Of a stretch of 33,000 bases of DNA, positions 22,250-32,993 are shown one piece after another. This stretch comes from Antechinus flavipes. Lineage: Eukaryota. The position numbers and the translations under genes were made by a program. How positions within the stretch are numbered: position 1 is the stretch's first letter; each line of letters opens with the position of its first letter. The notes below the pieces were generated by a model. That model was not told the DNA's origin and did not search any database. It saw nothing but the letters and a program-made list of their open reading frames with translations. Where the stretch lies: assembly GCF_016432865.1 (NCBI RefSeq), contig NC_067402.1, positions 1,829,001-1,862,000 of the forward strand. Direction: 5' to 3'.

Positions 22250-23900
22250 TCCTGACTCACATTTGGAAAAATTAGCATTTGACGCACTGCAGGCACAGCT
22301 CCCTCCCAGAGTGATTAAATGGAACACTGTGCTCCGGCTACAAGACTCTTCCATTTTTATCATCTCCCGGTGAGAGCCGGGCGGCTCGTGTCAGAGCCAG
22401 GAGATGCAAATTTGCAGGCGTGTGTGCGCCGGCCCCTCGCTGCGCCTCCAGCCGCTAATGTGTCCAGCAGCAAAGCCTCCGGCCCAACTTCCGGGCCCAC
22501 GGTTCAGCTGGGCAGTCCTGCTTCTCGGAAACCCGGGGGGAAGGGGGGGAGGGGGAGAGCAGGGGAGAAGGCCAGCCGCGCCCCTCGGGAGCCCCGGGGG
22601 AGGGGGCAGGGGGTGTCAGCCTCAGGAGTCCCAGGGGACCGGGGAGCATTTTTGCACACCCCCTCTTAGTCTCTGCATGGAGAGGTTAGACAGAGTAACC
22701 CCTGCGAGTTCTGGCTTTGCCGGTGGCAGCTGCAGCTCCCTGAAAAGCCCTGTTTGGCGCCTGTTTGAAAAGTTGTGGCGACCCCTCAGAGAAACCTCGG
22801 GGGAACTCATCTTTGAGCCTGGGTTCCCTTGACTTTTTGCCCCAGCTACGGTGGGAACCCGTGAGCAGAGGGCGCCTCCTGCTAACAACCAACTCCCAGG
22901 AGAGGCCGGAGGAAGGCCCAGGCCTGGTCGCCGAGCCTTTCCCTGCCCCAAGGTCCGGAGGGCACAGATTCTGAGGAGGATCGGTGAGAAGTTTGCCCAG
23001 GACCAGGAACAATGGGGTGGCCCAGTGCCAGCCCCGAAAGCCGCTGGGACCCCCATGTCCGGAAACGTGCCGGCAGGAGGCTCAGCTGTCGGCCCTCCCC
23101 AACACTCCCTCCCGTGCCAGGGCTCTGCGGGGCTGGGACCCCGCCCGCAGGCTCATTTTCTGTTCCTGCTTCCTTGATTGATGGACAGTTCTGAACATCT
23201 GAGGAACGTGACAAGCAAGTGAGAGTGGGGGAGGGTGGCGCTAGCCTGAGTTTCTGCCCCTCTAATGGAGAGGAAGAAGAGCCCCGGGAAAGCTGAGAGC
23301 CAAAAGCAGCTCAGGAATGAGCGCCCGCCCCCTCCCTGCCGGCCCCCTCCCTCCGGGACAGCTTTGGGTCTTTAATTCCCTGGCTCCCCTCGGAGCTCTG
23401 CATAATATCGGAACGGCTCCTGGGCGCGGACGGAGGGGCCCGCTTGTCCTAATTCCCCCGGTTTCCGAGCGAGCGACATGGACGCCCGTGTTCTCCAGTA
23501 CATTCTGTGCTCGCAAGGTCTCTGCAGGTTAATCCGCGCTGCCAGGGAAACTGCCTTGGTGGAGAATTAGTGAGTAATGAGCGCGCAGCGCCAGCCATCT
23601 GCAGACGCCGTTGCGGGCCCGCCGGGCTGCTCCGGGGTGCTGCCCTGCAGCTGCTGTCTGAGGGGGCCGGGGCAGCTCGGAGTCCCCGCTCCTCAAAGCG
23701 CCCCACGTTTACAGCCCCACTCGGGGGCTTGTTCGCGCGTGGAGCAAATGAGCCATTGAGCTGGGAGGACACGGGGCAAGAGAATCGCTCTCTGCTCCAT
23801 GAGCTCTTCCCTGCGGGAACTGGGTGACAAGGCAGGGAGGGGGAGTTTTGTGCCCCGTTCTTGCCCCCCGGTCCGTGGTGCGGTCTGACCGGGACGAGGT
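22250..23900. promoter_or_regulatory. GC/CpG-rich repeat-free region; CpG-island-like enhancer or promoter
   Basis: High GC with many retained CpGs (peaks at 22340-22460 and 23300-23740). AP-1 site TGACTCA near 22254; octamer ATGCAAAT at 22404-22411; G-run cluster at 22535-22565; several TAAT homeodomain cores at 23370-23582. Confidence 0.6.
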
Positions 23901-24334
23901 AGACACCAGGGAAGAGGGTGGCTGAGGCTCTCCCCGGAAAGCCCAGACGCCCTCCCCAGGGCTTGCAATCATCTCCAATAGCCCCGGTTCCTCGTGAGGC
24001 ACTCCAGTGGAGTGCGTTGAAGGAAGACCAGAGGTGTTGGAGGTGGGAGTCGATCCAGAATCATCTCTCCATGTGCTGTAAGGTCAGGGAGTGGAGAGGG
24101 CAAAAGTGGGATTACTACCCAATTAAAACATGATTAACATCAAAATGGAAGAGAGCAATTACAAGCTCTCCAACAGGCCCAGTTTGTCAGCTCTTGGTTC
24201 TAAAAATAGGAGATAGGTAAAAGCAAAGACAGGAACTGAATAGCTTTTCTTTCAGAAATATAAGGATGTCACATAACAAGCTGACGGTGTGTGGGGGAGG
24301 TTAGGGTGGGAGGGAAGGTGCTTAGAACTCAGCA

Positions 24335-26790
24335 AAGATGGCAGCAGCAATGGCCGCCATGACGATCCGTCTAGCAGCTGCCTTAGTTACCAAACCAGTG
24401 CAGTGAGTGGGAGGTTGGGGTAGGAGGGAACGGAGCTGGAGGGCAAGCAGGGCAGCGGTAGTGATGGCCGTATGGGTGGGTTAGCCTAGCGGCTGCCTTA
24501 GTCACCGATCCTCTGTTCTTCCGGCTAAGTTAATAAAAGATTATGAGCAAAGTCATCTCACAGAACCGGGGAAATAGTGCAAAGGAAAGGAACCTGTGGG
24601 AAGATTGGTCTGAGAATCGCCCACACCAAGTCATTCGAAGAGGGTGAACAAGCGACAGAAGGACGCTGACATGCAGATGACGAGTGGCCGGCTCTTCTCC
24701 ATATTGCTGACGGGGCCCAACACCTCAGAACTCTAAGACTGTAGGAGCTAATTAGCAACGATGATAGCTGATCCATATGCATCCAGCGGAGTCCTTGAAG
24801 GTCTGCAAAGTGCTTTTCAAATATTAACATGTGACGGTTGTTCCTAAGGAGACCTGGCAAAATGCCAGGGAGAACAGGTTCAAGGTACTCGGAGACTGTT
24901 TTCCCATCTCCCAAGATTTGGAGCTAGAGATGACTCCGGGGGCCAGCAGTAGCAAACAGCCCATCACGCTTCTGCTACCACCGAAGGGGAAGACCTCTCT
25001 GGGAGGGTTCGGCCAGATGTGCATCGTCCACAGCACGGCAATTATGGAGAGCCGAGGCGGTCTCTCATTTTGTGGCTTTTGCCGTCCACGGTCCTCTCAC
25101 TGGTGGTGTTCTCTGAGAGAACAGGTTGGCGCCCAGATCTGTAACAGAGGCACTTGTCCAAGACTAAACAAGGTTACTAGTCACTGACACACTTAGGAAA
25201 CGAAAGAGAAAGACAAAAGAGGCAGCCAAGGCGTGCTCAGCTTGGCCACTCTGGCCTAAGGGTAGCTTGGGTAAGCACGTGTCCCCAGCGCCATATGCAC
25301 ATCATCACTGCAGATAGTGACGTCTCTTTGTGAGGCTGTCCTGATGAAATGATGTCACTAAGAATTCCCTGGGAGCTCATCAGCCTCTGAAAATCAAGTT
25401 CTGTGCCCCAGGGTCCTTTGGTTGAGTTGCTCTCTCCTATGGTCTCATGTTCTAGATTAAGGAGGTGAGTATTTTTCTCCTGCAAGGAGGAAGCAGAGAA
25501 AAGTTTGGGAAATGGATAGTGAGAAGCCCCAAGAGTTTGGACACTGTGCAGAGGAGGGGACAATGAAGAAATCGACCCCTTCTCCTCCCACTCTTGTTAC
25601 AATACCAAGGGAGAGAAGATTTCCAAAAATAGAAAATGGTTGCAGAAGTGAAGGTTTCCCAGGCAAGAGTTCATCCTCCAAGACTCTTAGTCATCAATGA
25701 TGTTAGAGACAACAGTCACTAGGGAGCGATCAGAGGAATTGGCTCTCTTCTCAGCAAAGGGCTATATAGCACATGGCTAGCTCCATGGGTGATCCCTTCT
25801 TCTAGCAAAGGTCCAAACTCCTTAATCTCATCAAGTATATTGGGAAATTCATCAGATTGCTCAAAGGTACTCTCATCACTCCTTAGAAAGGTAAGGAAAT
25901 TGTCACGTGTGTTCTAAGGAAATAGCAGCTTCCAGAGTCTTAGGGTTTGATATGGTTCATTTCTCAGTCTGCCCATCCATCCTCTTCCTCCTTGGAAAAG
26001 AAAAACACACACTTTCTTAATCTAGAACATGAGTCCAAAAGAGAAAGCATCTCAGCCAAAGGACTCTGGGGCAGAAATTATGATTTTCAAAGGCTGGGGA
26101 ACTCTCAGTTTCATCAGGACTCACTAACTTTCAAAGACATATCTCCTCCGCCCCCTCTGCAGACAATGTTATTTAGACTGGGTACAATCGCTCATTCACT
26201 ATGAGCTTGTGAACATTGGGGGAAGGGGACATGGCTTTTCTTGAGGCATAGGTGGGTGTTTTTGATGGGATGTACCGAGTCAGACTCTTTGTCCATCAGA
26301 AGACATCGGACCCTCAGTGGAGTCACAGCTAATTCTTTTGTCCTGCTGTGTCTAGGTATCTGGTCTGGGTCCAGCTCTATTCATACTTAGTGTTTCTTGG
26401 TCCAGTGCCCCAAGATGGTCGACGCTCAGGAGAACGCCCTCCTCCTGATCTTCGTGGAGGTCTCAGCAGAGCAGACTCTGCTGAGTCTGGATGTGATCTT
26501 CAGCCCTTCCATCTGTTCCTTAGTAACACAGTGACTCTCATAGACCAGCTCAGCCAGGATGACAAACAGAAACCCACACAGATCAGCCTTCTCACATAGA
26601 CTTTGGCTGAAACCCAATATTGCTGCTCCTAAGCACAGCACAAAAAGCGATTCCAGCCCACTCTCAGATGTACTTAGGAATCTTGCATTGATATTTCAGG
26701 AGCTTTGGATTTGGTTGGTGCGGGCATTCCCTCTAGCAGTGAAGATTTCCATCCTTATCTAATTGGATATGTGGTGGAAATGCAAATCAA
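24335..26790. pseudogene. Unidentified decayed coding-like insertion with an internal inverted duplication
   Basis: No recognised repeat family. Long partially open frames with stops and frameshifts; 22 of 23 codons at 26394-26462 end in G/C. GC-rich start with an AAGATGGCAGC (decayed AAGATGGCGGC-like) motif near 24335. Source gene not recognised. Confidence 0.35.
25338..26120. repeat. Diverged inverted repeat (arms ~25338-25493 and ~25984-26120)
   Basis: 25381-25493 versus the reverse complement of 25984-26096 gives 93/113 ungapped matches by manual count, including a perfect 18-mer (25444-25461 / 26016-26033). gtcctgatgaaa is shared at the outer ends. Confidence 0.9.
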
Positions 26791-26794
26791 CGGG

Positions 26795-26880
26795 CACTCA
26801 CTCATTTAGCATTTATTACATGAAAGGCATATGTTAGGCCCTGGGAATATAAAAAATAAATGGAAAACAGTTCTGATTTG
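26795..26880 (-). mobile_element. L2 3' end fragment
   Basis: 'cactcactcatttagcatttatta...atgttaggccctgggaatataaaaaataaatggaaaacagttc'. Confidence 0.6.
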
Positions 26881-26897
26881 GAAAAGAAAATCTGGGA

Positions 26898-27150
26898 TTT
26901 GTTCTGTCACTTTCTGTCACGTCCAATTTTCTATGACACCATTTGGGATTTTCTTGACTAAGATACTGGAGGGGGTTTGCCATTTTTTCCCCATTTACTT
27001 CATTTTATAAGATGAGGAAACTGAGGCACATGGAGTTAAAGTACTTGCTCAGGGTCACACAGCCACTAAGTATCTGAAGTCAGACAAATTCATAGAGATG
27101 AAGCTTCCTGACTCCAGACTTGGGGTTCTCCACTGTGCAATATAGCTTGC
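26898..27150 (-). mobile_element. Mar1-type CORE-SINE
   Basis: 'atgacaccatttgggattttcttgactaagatactggag...tttgccatt...gatgaggaaactgaggcac...cagggtcacacagc...cttcctgactccag'. Confidence 0.85.
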
Positions 27151-27285
27151 CCAACCTGAGTTTAGATCCTACATTTCCTCCAAGTACAATTCTGGGTATA
27201 TTATTTAATCTCTCTGAGTTCCCTTCAATCTGTAAATGCATGGTTTTACTTTAAGTAGATGATTCTATAGTCTTGGAGAGTTGCT
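27150..27285 (+). mobile_element. MIR-like fragment
   Basis: 'ctgagtttagatcc...atttaatctctctgagttccc..caatctgtaaatg' is MIR core-like. Confidence 0.45.
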
Positions 27286-27653
27286 AGGGGTGAAAAAAAA
27301 ATCTTTCCTCTGCAACCAACATAAAGCGTAAACTTCCATGCTTGGCTAGTCCAGTCCTTGGACACAAAACCACAGCAGAACAGGAACCGAAGTTTCCCCA
27401 GCCTGCTGAGAGCTGGTCCAGCTGGTGCCTTGCTAACTCAGCCTTCACAAGTCAGGGGTCAACTCTTCTCCTTGTTGAGACTTTTGCAAAGAGTTTGAAT
27501 GACCCTAAAATAATGTGTATGAGGAATATAAAGAAACCTAGGAAATGTATGAAGGAATAAAAGCAAAGAAAGGAGAACTAGGACAGGAATACTCACTGGG
27601 CATGGTGCTATAAGAGGAAGGCTGCTCAATTTGAAGGTGAATAGCTAATTAGG

Positions 27654-27810
27654 GGAAAGGAAAGGAAAAGAAAAGAAAAAAGAAGAGAGGAGAGGAAGAA
27701 GGGAAAGGAAATGAAAGAGGAAGGGAAGAGAAAGGAAAGGGAAAGAGAAAAGAGAAGAAAGGAAAAGAGAAGGAGAAAGATGAAAGAAGGAGGAAGGAAA
27801 AGAGAAGCTG
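27654..27810. repeat. (GAAA/GGAA)n polypurine tract
   Basis: Almost pure A/G run; explains ORF 27645-27914. Confidence 0.85.
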
Positions 27811-28056
27811 TTTTTGTTAAATCTTTTTTTTTTGTTTTTGTTAAAATTCATTTTTTGACACCCAGATAGGTTAAATGTGAATTTCCTTTGATTGTTGTTG
27901 AAAGTTTGAGGCACAATCCCTCACAGGGCAGAAGACAGAGAAGGAGCCCTCAGAAAGGCAGGAGGAGAGCCAAGGGGAGGAGTCAAAAAAAACCCAGAGA
28001 GGAGGGAATCTCCTGGGGAGAGGGTAAGCAGCCTGCTAAAGTGCTGCCGGGAGCGC

Positions 28057-28218
28057 AGGAGGGAGGATGCCCCCAGGAGGGAGGATGCCCCCCGGAGGGA
28101 GGATGCCCCCCGGAGGGAGGATGCCCCCAGGAGGGAGGATGCCCCCAGGAGGGAGGATGCCCCCAGGAGGGAGGATGCCCCCAGGAGGGAGGATGTCCCC
28201 AGGAGGGAGGATGTCCCC
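28057..28218. repeat. Minisatellite, 9 x 18 bp (aggagggaggatgccccc)
   Basis: Nine head-to-tail units. Units 3-4 start with c instead of a; units 8-9 have tgtcccc. Produces the QEGGCP / PPGGRM / PPGGIL ORF repeats. Confidence 0.97.
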
Positions 28219-28219
28219 A

Positions 28220-29243
28220 GCATCCCTCGTCTCCGGCTTGGCTGCTCCTTCCCCCACTCGCCAGGATGTCCCTCAGTCCTCCTTCCTCCTCCCTCTATAC
28301 TGCTCTGCTCTGTGACCTCATTAGCTCCCATGGACTTGATCTTCCACTCCGAGCGAGGATTCCCAGATTTTCCTCCCTCAGCCTGAGCTCCCTGCTGGCC
28401 TCCAGGCTCCCATCTCCAAATCTTTTCAGATTTCTAAGATTAGGCTTCCAGGAGACATCTTCCAACCCTCCGGGTCTCTGTCTAAGACACAAATATCCTC
28501 CCAGTCCCTCAGGCTCCCAACTTGGGAATCATGCTCCACTCCTCCCTTTCTCATCTCCCCATCCAATCTGCTGCAAAGGCCGATCCATTGCTCCGCTGCA
28601 ACATCTCTCAGAGGCCCCCCCCCCCCCGCCCTGACATGGTCCCACCCTAGTGCAGACCCTCAGTCCCTCACAGTTGGACTACGGCAATAACTGCGGGGGG
28701 GAGGGGGGAAAGAGGGGGGTGGGCTGCCAGCTTCTAGTCCCTCCCCCTCAAATCCATCCTCCATTCAGCTGTCAGAGTGATTTTCCTATAGCATAGATCT
28801 GATCATGTCATGTCCCCTCCTCAGCAAATTCCAGTGGCTCCCTATGGCCTCCAGAATCAAATACCCAATGCTGCGTCTGCCATTCAGAGCCCTTCCGCCC
28901 CACCCTCTGCTCTCTTTCCAGTAAGAGCGGCCCCCTGGGTGGTCCCCAAACAAGCCCCATGAAGCTCTTGGCTCTGGGCGGTCTCCCTGGCTGCCCCTCT
29001 CCAGACCTGGAGCGCTCTCCCTCCCTAGCTCTGCCTTTGGGCTTCCCGGCTTCCTTCACGTCCCCACAGAAAGTCCTTTTTGCAAAGGAAGCCTTTCCCG
29101 ACCCTCTCACAATTATGTTGATCCTGTACAGATTGTTCACTCGCTGTTTCCCCCACTAGGTCGTGACTTCTTTCTTCTGCCTCTTTTTTTATGCACAGCA
29201 CTTAGCACAGTTCCTGGCACACAGTAGGTGCTTAATAAATGCT
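28220..29243 (+). mobile_element. L2 LINE (RT C-terminal remnant plus 3' end)
   Basis: Translation SLYTALLCDLISSHGL resembles L2 RT (SLYTLSLGDLISSHGF). Also 'ccagtggctccctatggcctccagaatcaaata' and the terminal 'cagcacttagcacagttcctggcacacagtaggtgcttaataaatgct'. Confidence 0.85.
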
Positions 29244-31636
29244 ACACTGCCTGATTTATGGAGAAAGAGTTCATTGACAACTTTGGAGAGAGCAGTCGTA
29301 GTGGAGCAGAGAAGCTGGAAGTGGCTGCGGAGGGAGAGTCCCGGGGGTTGCTTTTGCTCGCAGCAGCTGTTGCCATGTGAATCTGCAGCCTGGCTGGCAG
29401 ACTCTCCTTGGTGAGGGGGGGCCCTTTCTGTCAGCCCCCTATACTATTGCTAAGGAAACTATACGTGAACCTGCAGAGGGGGCTCTATGGGAGCCCCCAG
29501 CCCGCAATGTGGGGCCTCTGCCTCACTCCCCCTCCAGGGAGGTGCCTGGGGCTGCTGCCTGGCAGCTCCCGGGGCCCTGAGGCCCTCCCCCTTCACCTGC
29601 GCGCCCCGTCCTTCTCCTTCCCACACCTTTTGATTTTCCTCCATCCCCTCGGGCTCTTCTCTGTCTGGCTTCCTTCCACAGTCTCCCGAATGAATATTCA
29701 GTCTAGCTGTTCTCCCGGAAGCCAGAGCCAGGGAGGTTGTGCTCAGGCCCTGTCCTCTCCCAGCCCCTGAGCTGAAGAGATGCTGGGGGGGACCCCCTCC
29801 TCCCCTCCCAGCAGCACCATCTGCACCTGGGCGCCCCTTTCTCCCATCCCTAGACCTCCCGCCTCGTGCACCTCCTGTTCATCCTGCCTCTTGTTTGGTT
29901 GGGTACTTGTCTCATGCTCCCGAGGAAGCCCCCTGGGGACAGGAATGGGATTGTTAGCCCAGCGCCTGCTCGGAGCAAGGGGCTCATGAGTGGTGGAAAT
30001 CTGAAGGGGGGGCAGCCATTTGAAGCAACTAAGACACTGGAGTCAGACAGCGGAGGGGCCTTCTCGGGGTCCCTGGGTACAGAGCAGAGCTTGCTAACTT
30101 CCACGATGCTGGAGACCTGGGAAAGGAGCCACACAGGACAAGGGTCTTTCTGGGAAACCTCGGGGAGTGGGGGTCCTTAGCCACCCAGAACTCCCAGAGA
30201 GAGAGACAGGGAGAGAGAGACAGGGACAAGGAGACAGGGAGAGAGGGTAAGGGAGCAGCGTCCCAAAGCTGGGTGCTCAGTTGGAAGTTCTCTAATTGCA
30301 CCCTAGTCTAATAAAGACATCTCGGTTTGGAAAGGGTCTTTCTTAAAACCACAGGGATGAGAAGAGGAACCCCAGACTAACTTCTTCTAAAGTTCTCCCT
30401 CCCCCAGGAGGCCAGCGATCACTTGGGGACCAGCCGACCATGGTGGGGTAGGAGGGGACTTGGCTGGCAGTCTGCCCTCTGCCAGGGCGCCTCCTCTTTT
30501 TCCTGAGCTTCTCTCTTCACTTTTCCTTTCTTCCTCTTTCCTTCTTCTCCCTTGTTTCTTTCTCCCGGTGCCCACAAGTGGAGCTCAGGGACAGAAACTT
30601 GAACCAAAAGATACGTCCCTTCAGAGGAAATGTTGATGTCCCAGTTTAGTTCTGGTTCGATAGTTTCAGGAAATAACATGAGTTTGGTTCCAAGCCAAGA
30701 AGTTTCTCTGGGAGCTTTCATGCAACCTTCTGGGTTCTTCATGGTTTACTAAAAAGTTCAGGTTCAGTTTGAGTCTGACCACTACGGAGCCTTCAGCCCC
30801 CCCAGATCTGGGCAGGTCTGAGGCTCTCCATGTCTACTGGGCACTGGCCACTAGGGCACCTGGGAAATAGTCCCACAACCTAAAGACGCCTTTACTCACA
30901 AATATATTTTTAAAAAATGACTTCTGCATAATTAAAACAGAGCTCTGAGCAACAGTGCTTAAAAAACATAAGGCAAAATCATTCCAGAAATGGGGACAGG
31001 AATACTGCTCTCCATGTGGATCCTAGGCAGAGAAGGTCCTGAGAAAAGCCAAGGAGTTTGCCTCTGTCAGTGAGAGAGAGAGACAGACAGAGACTGAGAG
31101 ACAGAGACAGGGAGACAGCGAGAGGCAGAGAAACAGTCACGGAGTAGAATCCAGACTCTGATTTCCTTCTCTCAAACAGAGAAGAAAAGTAGACCTAGAT
31201 CTTGAAGCCCACATGCTACTACTTTCAGGCAGATGCCAAATTTTCAGCCAGTTTTTTTTTCTTGCCAATGCTCAAAACTGATCGGCCATCCCTCTTAAGA
31301 CATGGATGAGATATCTTGTTTCTTGTACTCCGACCTGGTCATCCCCAAAGGCTACAGGATAACTCCCCGAAGGCCACAGGGTAATTAACTCCCTCTTTAC
31401 CTAAAATAAGTTTTGAACTGAGGACATCCCAGCCCATTATTGAGTAGAAAGATTCCTCCTTCATCCAGTTCATCATGTGTTGGGGAGTCCTGCCCTGTCA
31501 GGAACAGAGAATTGCTTTGCCTTAATCCACGGCTCATTGGTGGCCCCTCTTTCCTCAGCATCCTGGAAACTAAATGTTTCTTAGTGTCCTGGTTGGAGCT
31601 TGCATGAAGGACAGGAGGATTATTCTCTCTGCTCTG

Positions 31637-31895
31637 ACACACACACTCACACACAAATACTCACATATTCACACATACACATATATACACGCACACATAT
31701 ACTCACACATACACACAAATACACATGTATGTATACTCACATATTCATACATATACATGCAGGCACATACATACACATGTGTATACTCGCACATGCTCAC
31801 ATATATTCACACATATACATGTAGATATACACTCACACACACATAATCACAGATATACTCACATACATACATATACACTCAAACACACACACACA
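31637..31895. repeat. (CA/TA)n-rich compound microsatellite
   Basis: Alternating purine-pyrimidine cacacatacacatatac runs; explains ORFs 31574-31907. Confidence 0.9.
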
Positions 31896-32329
31896 TTTGG
31901 AAGGTAACTTGGTGTCAAATGGCAAAGTTTGTTGCTGCACAAGGCTCACCAAATTGGGGTAATTTCACTAAGTTTCGGATTCTGAGCACCCCAGGACCCT
32001 CCTTCGGGGACAGTGAAGGTGCTCAGGTCAAGCTACAAAAGCAAGGCTCCCGGTTTTTTCCCAGTCAAGGGGACATTAACCATCACCAGATACAGAGAGA
32101 AAGCTCCCAACTCAGAGTGGAACAATGAAGCTCCTCCTCAAAGGCTCCTCTTTTCCACTTGGAGCTCTCTGGGGCTCCTCAGGTTCAGAAGAGTCACCGT
32201 CACAGCCCTAACGGTGCAGTTTGGGATCTTAGCCCCTCACCACACACAGGGCAGAGCTGAAGAGCTTCTATCCTGCTGGAAAGAATGTCTTCCCCACCTC
32301 GCTTCCACCGCCACAGGCGCAGAGTTGTT

Positions 32330-32940
32330 TTGTTTCATTTCGTCCTTCACAGTAAGTTAGGGTGTGAGCAAAGTAAACTTACAAAGTCATGGAAAAGAGC
32401 CATTGGAGCCGCCTTTGAGTGACATGCTGACCAATGTATCAGTGGCTCTGGGATCTCATCAGTCAAATAACCAATTGCACGCTAGGTGTCATGGCGGGCT
32501 CCGGGGATACATCTCTACATGAGCAGCGCTAATGGTGGGACCCCGTGAGCAGGTGGGGGGTGGATAACATGGCCTCCTCACTCCATCTCAAAGCCCCACG
32601 TATTCTGATAGCCTCACACGGCCACAGGGAAAGTCACCATCCAGGGACTAGCACTTCTCCCTTCCTGTGCTTGTTAAAGACATTCCCTGCTCCCCAAGGC
32701 CCTTCCTAAATGCTCCCTAATGTAGCAGCCCTATTTCAGCGCGCAGAGCATCCATCACATATCGAGGATGGAACTATAAATATTAATGACCTGCCAGGGG
32801 GGAGAGGCCCCCGCCTTCCAGAGATCGCTGTTTCCCTTTTTGACATATTGACGCTCCCGTAAATGATGCCGTTGCTTCTAAATCCACAAAAGAATGCTTT
32901 TCATTTGGAGATCGTGTCTACCCCCCAGCCAGCTTTCATG
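32330..32940. promoter_or_regulatory. Candidate conserved non-coding / enhancer block
   Basis: Repeat-free with retained CpGs; motifs include aagtaaac (forkhead-like), ccaattg, taaatattaatg and gtaaatga. Function is inferred. Confidence 0.35.
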
Positions 32941-32964
32941 GCAGCCAGGCTTCCCAGTCACTAT

Positions 32965-32993
32965 TCTTTCCTAATGTTCCTTCCTGTTTCCAG
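32965..32993 (+). other. Possible splice acceptor at the window edge
   Basis: Branch-like cctaat (32970-32975), pyrimidine tract gttccttcctgtttc and CAG ending at 32993; an exon would start at 32994. Confidence 0.3.

Noticed and set aside
21784-23968. Dense overlapping ORFs on both strands
   Set aside because: Expected from stop-codon scarcity in GC-rich DNA. Compositions are P/G/R/A-rich with no recognisable domains.
24296-24320. TTAGGG within a G-rich stretch
   Set aside because: A single unit only; not an interstitial telomeric array.
25338-26120. CTGATGA...GAAA in both inverted arms, suggesting a hammerhead ribozyme or C/D-box snoRNA
   Set aside because: I could not build the required stems I-III or a C/D terminal stem by eye; the motifs are short and may be coincidental. 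An Infernal/Rfam scan would settle it.
26112-26145. QDSLTFKDI resembling the start of a KRAB-A box
   Set aside because: The similarity ends after ~9 residues; the following VAVDFTQEEW-type motif is absent.
26370-26520. Faint resemblance of minus-strand ITSRLSRVCSAE...HWTKKH to filovirus VP35
   Set aside because: Only a few scattered identities and no extension into the conserved C-terminal domain; not supportable without a profile search.
28057-28218. Regular repeat array as a possible CRISPR
   Set aside because: Head-to-tail tandem units without unique spacers, in a mammalian genome.
27888-28634. 248-aa ORF with QEGGCP repeats (and overlapping PPGGRM / PPGGIL ORFs)
   Set aside because: The frame is held open by an 18-bp minisatellite plus a decayed L2; no evidence of a real gene.
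31982-32026. 9-bp inverted repeat (ctgagcacc / ggtgctcag) enclosing a cTTCGg tetraloop-like motif
   Set aside because: The inner stem is weak and interrupted; hairpins of this size are expected by chance in 33 kb.
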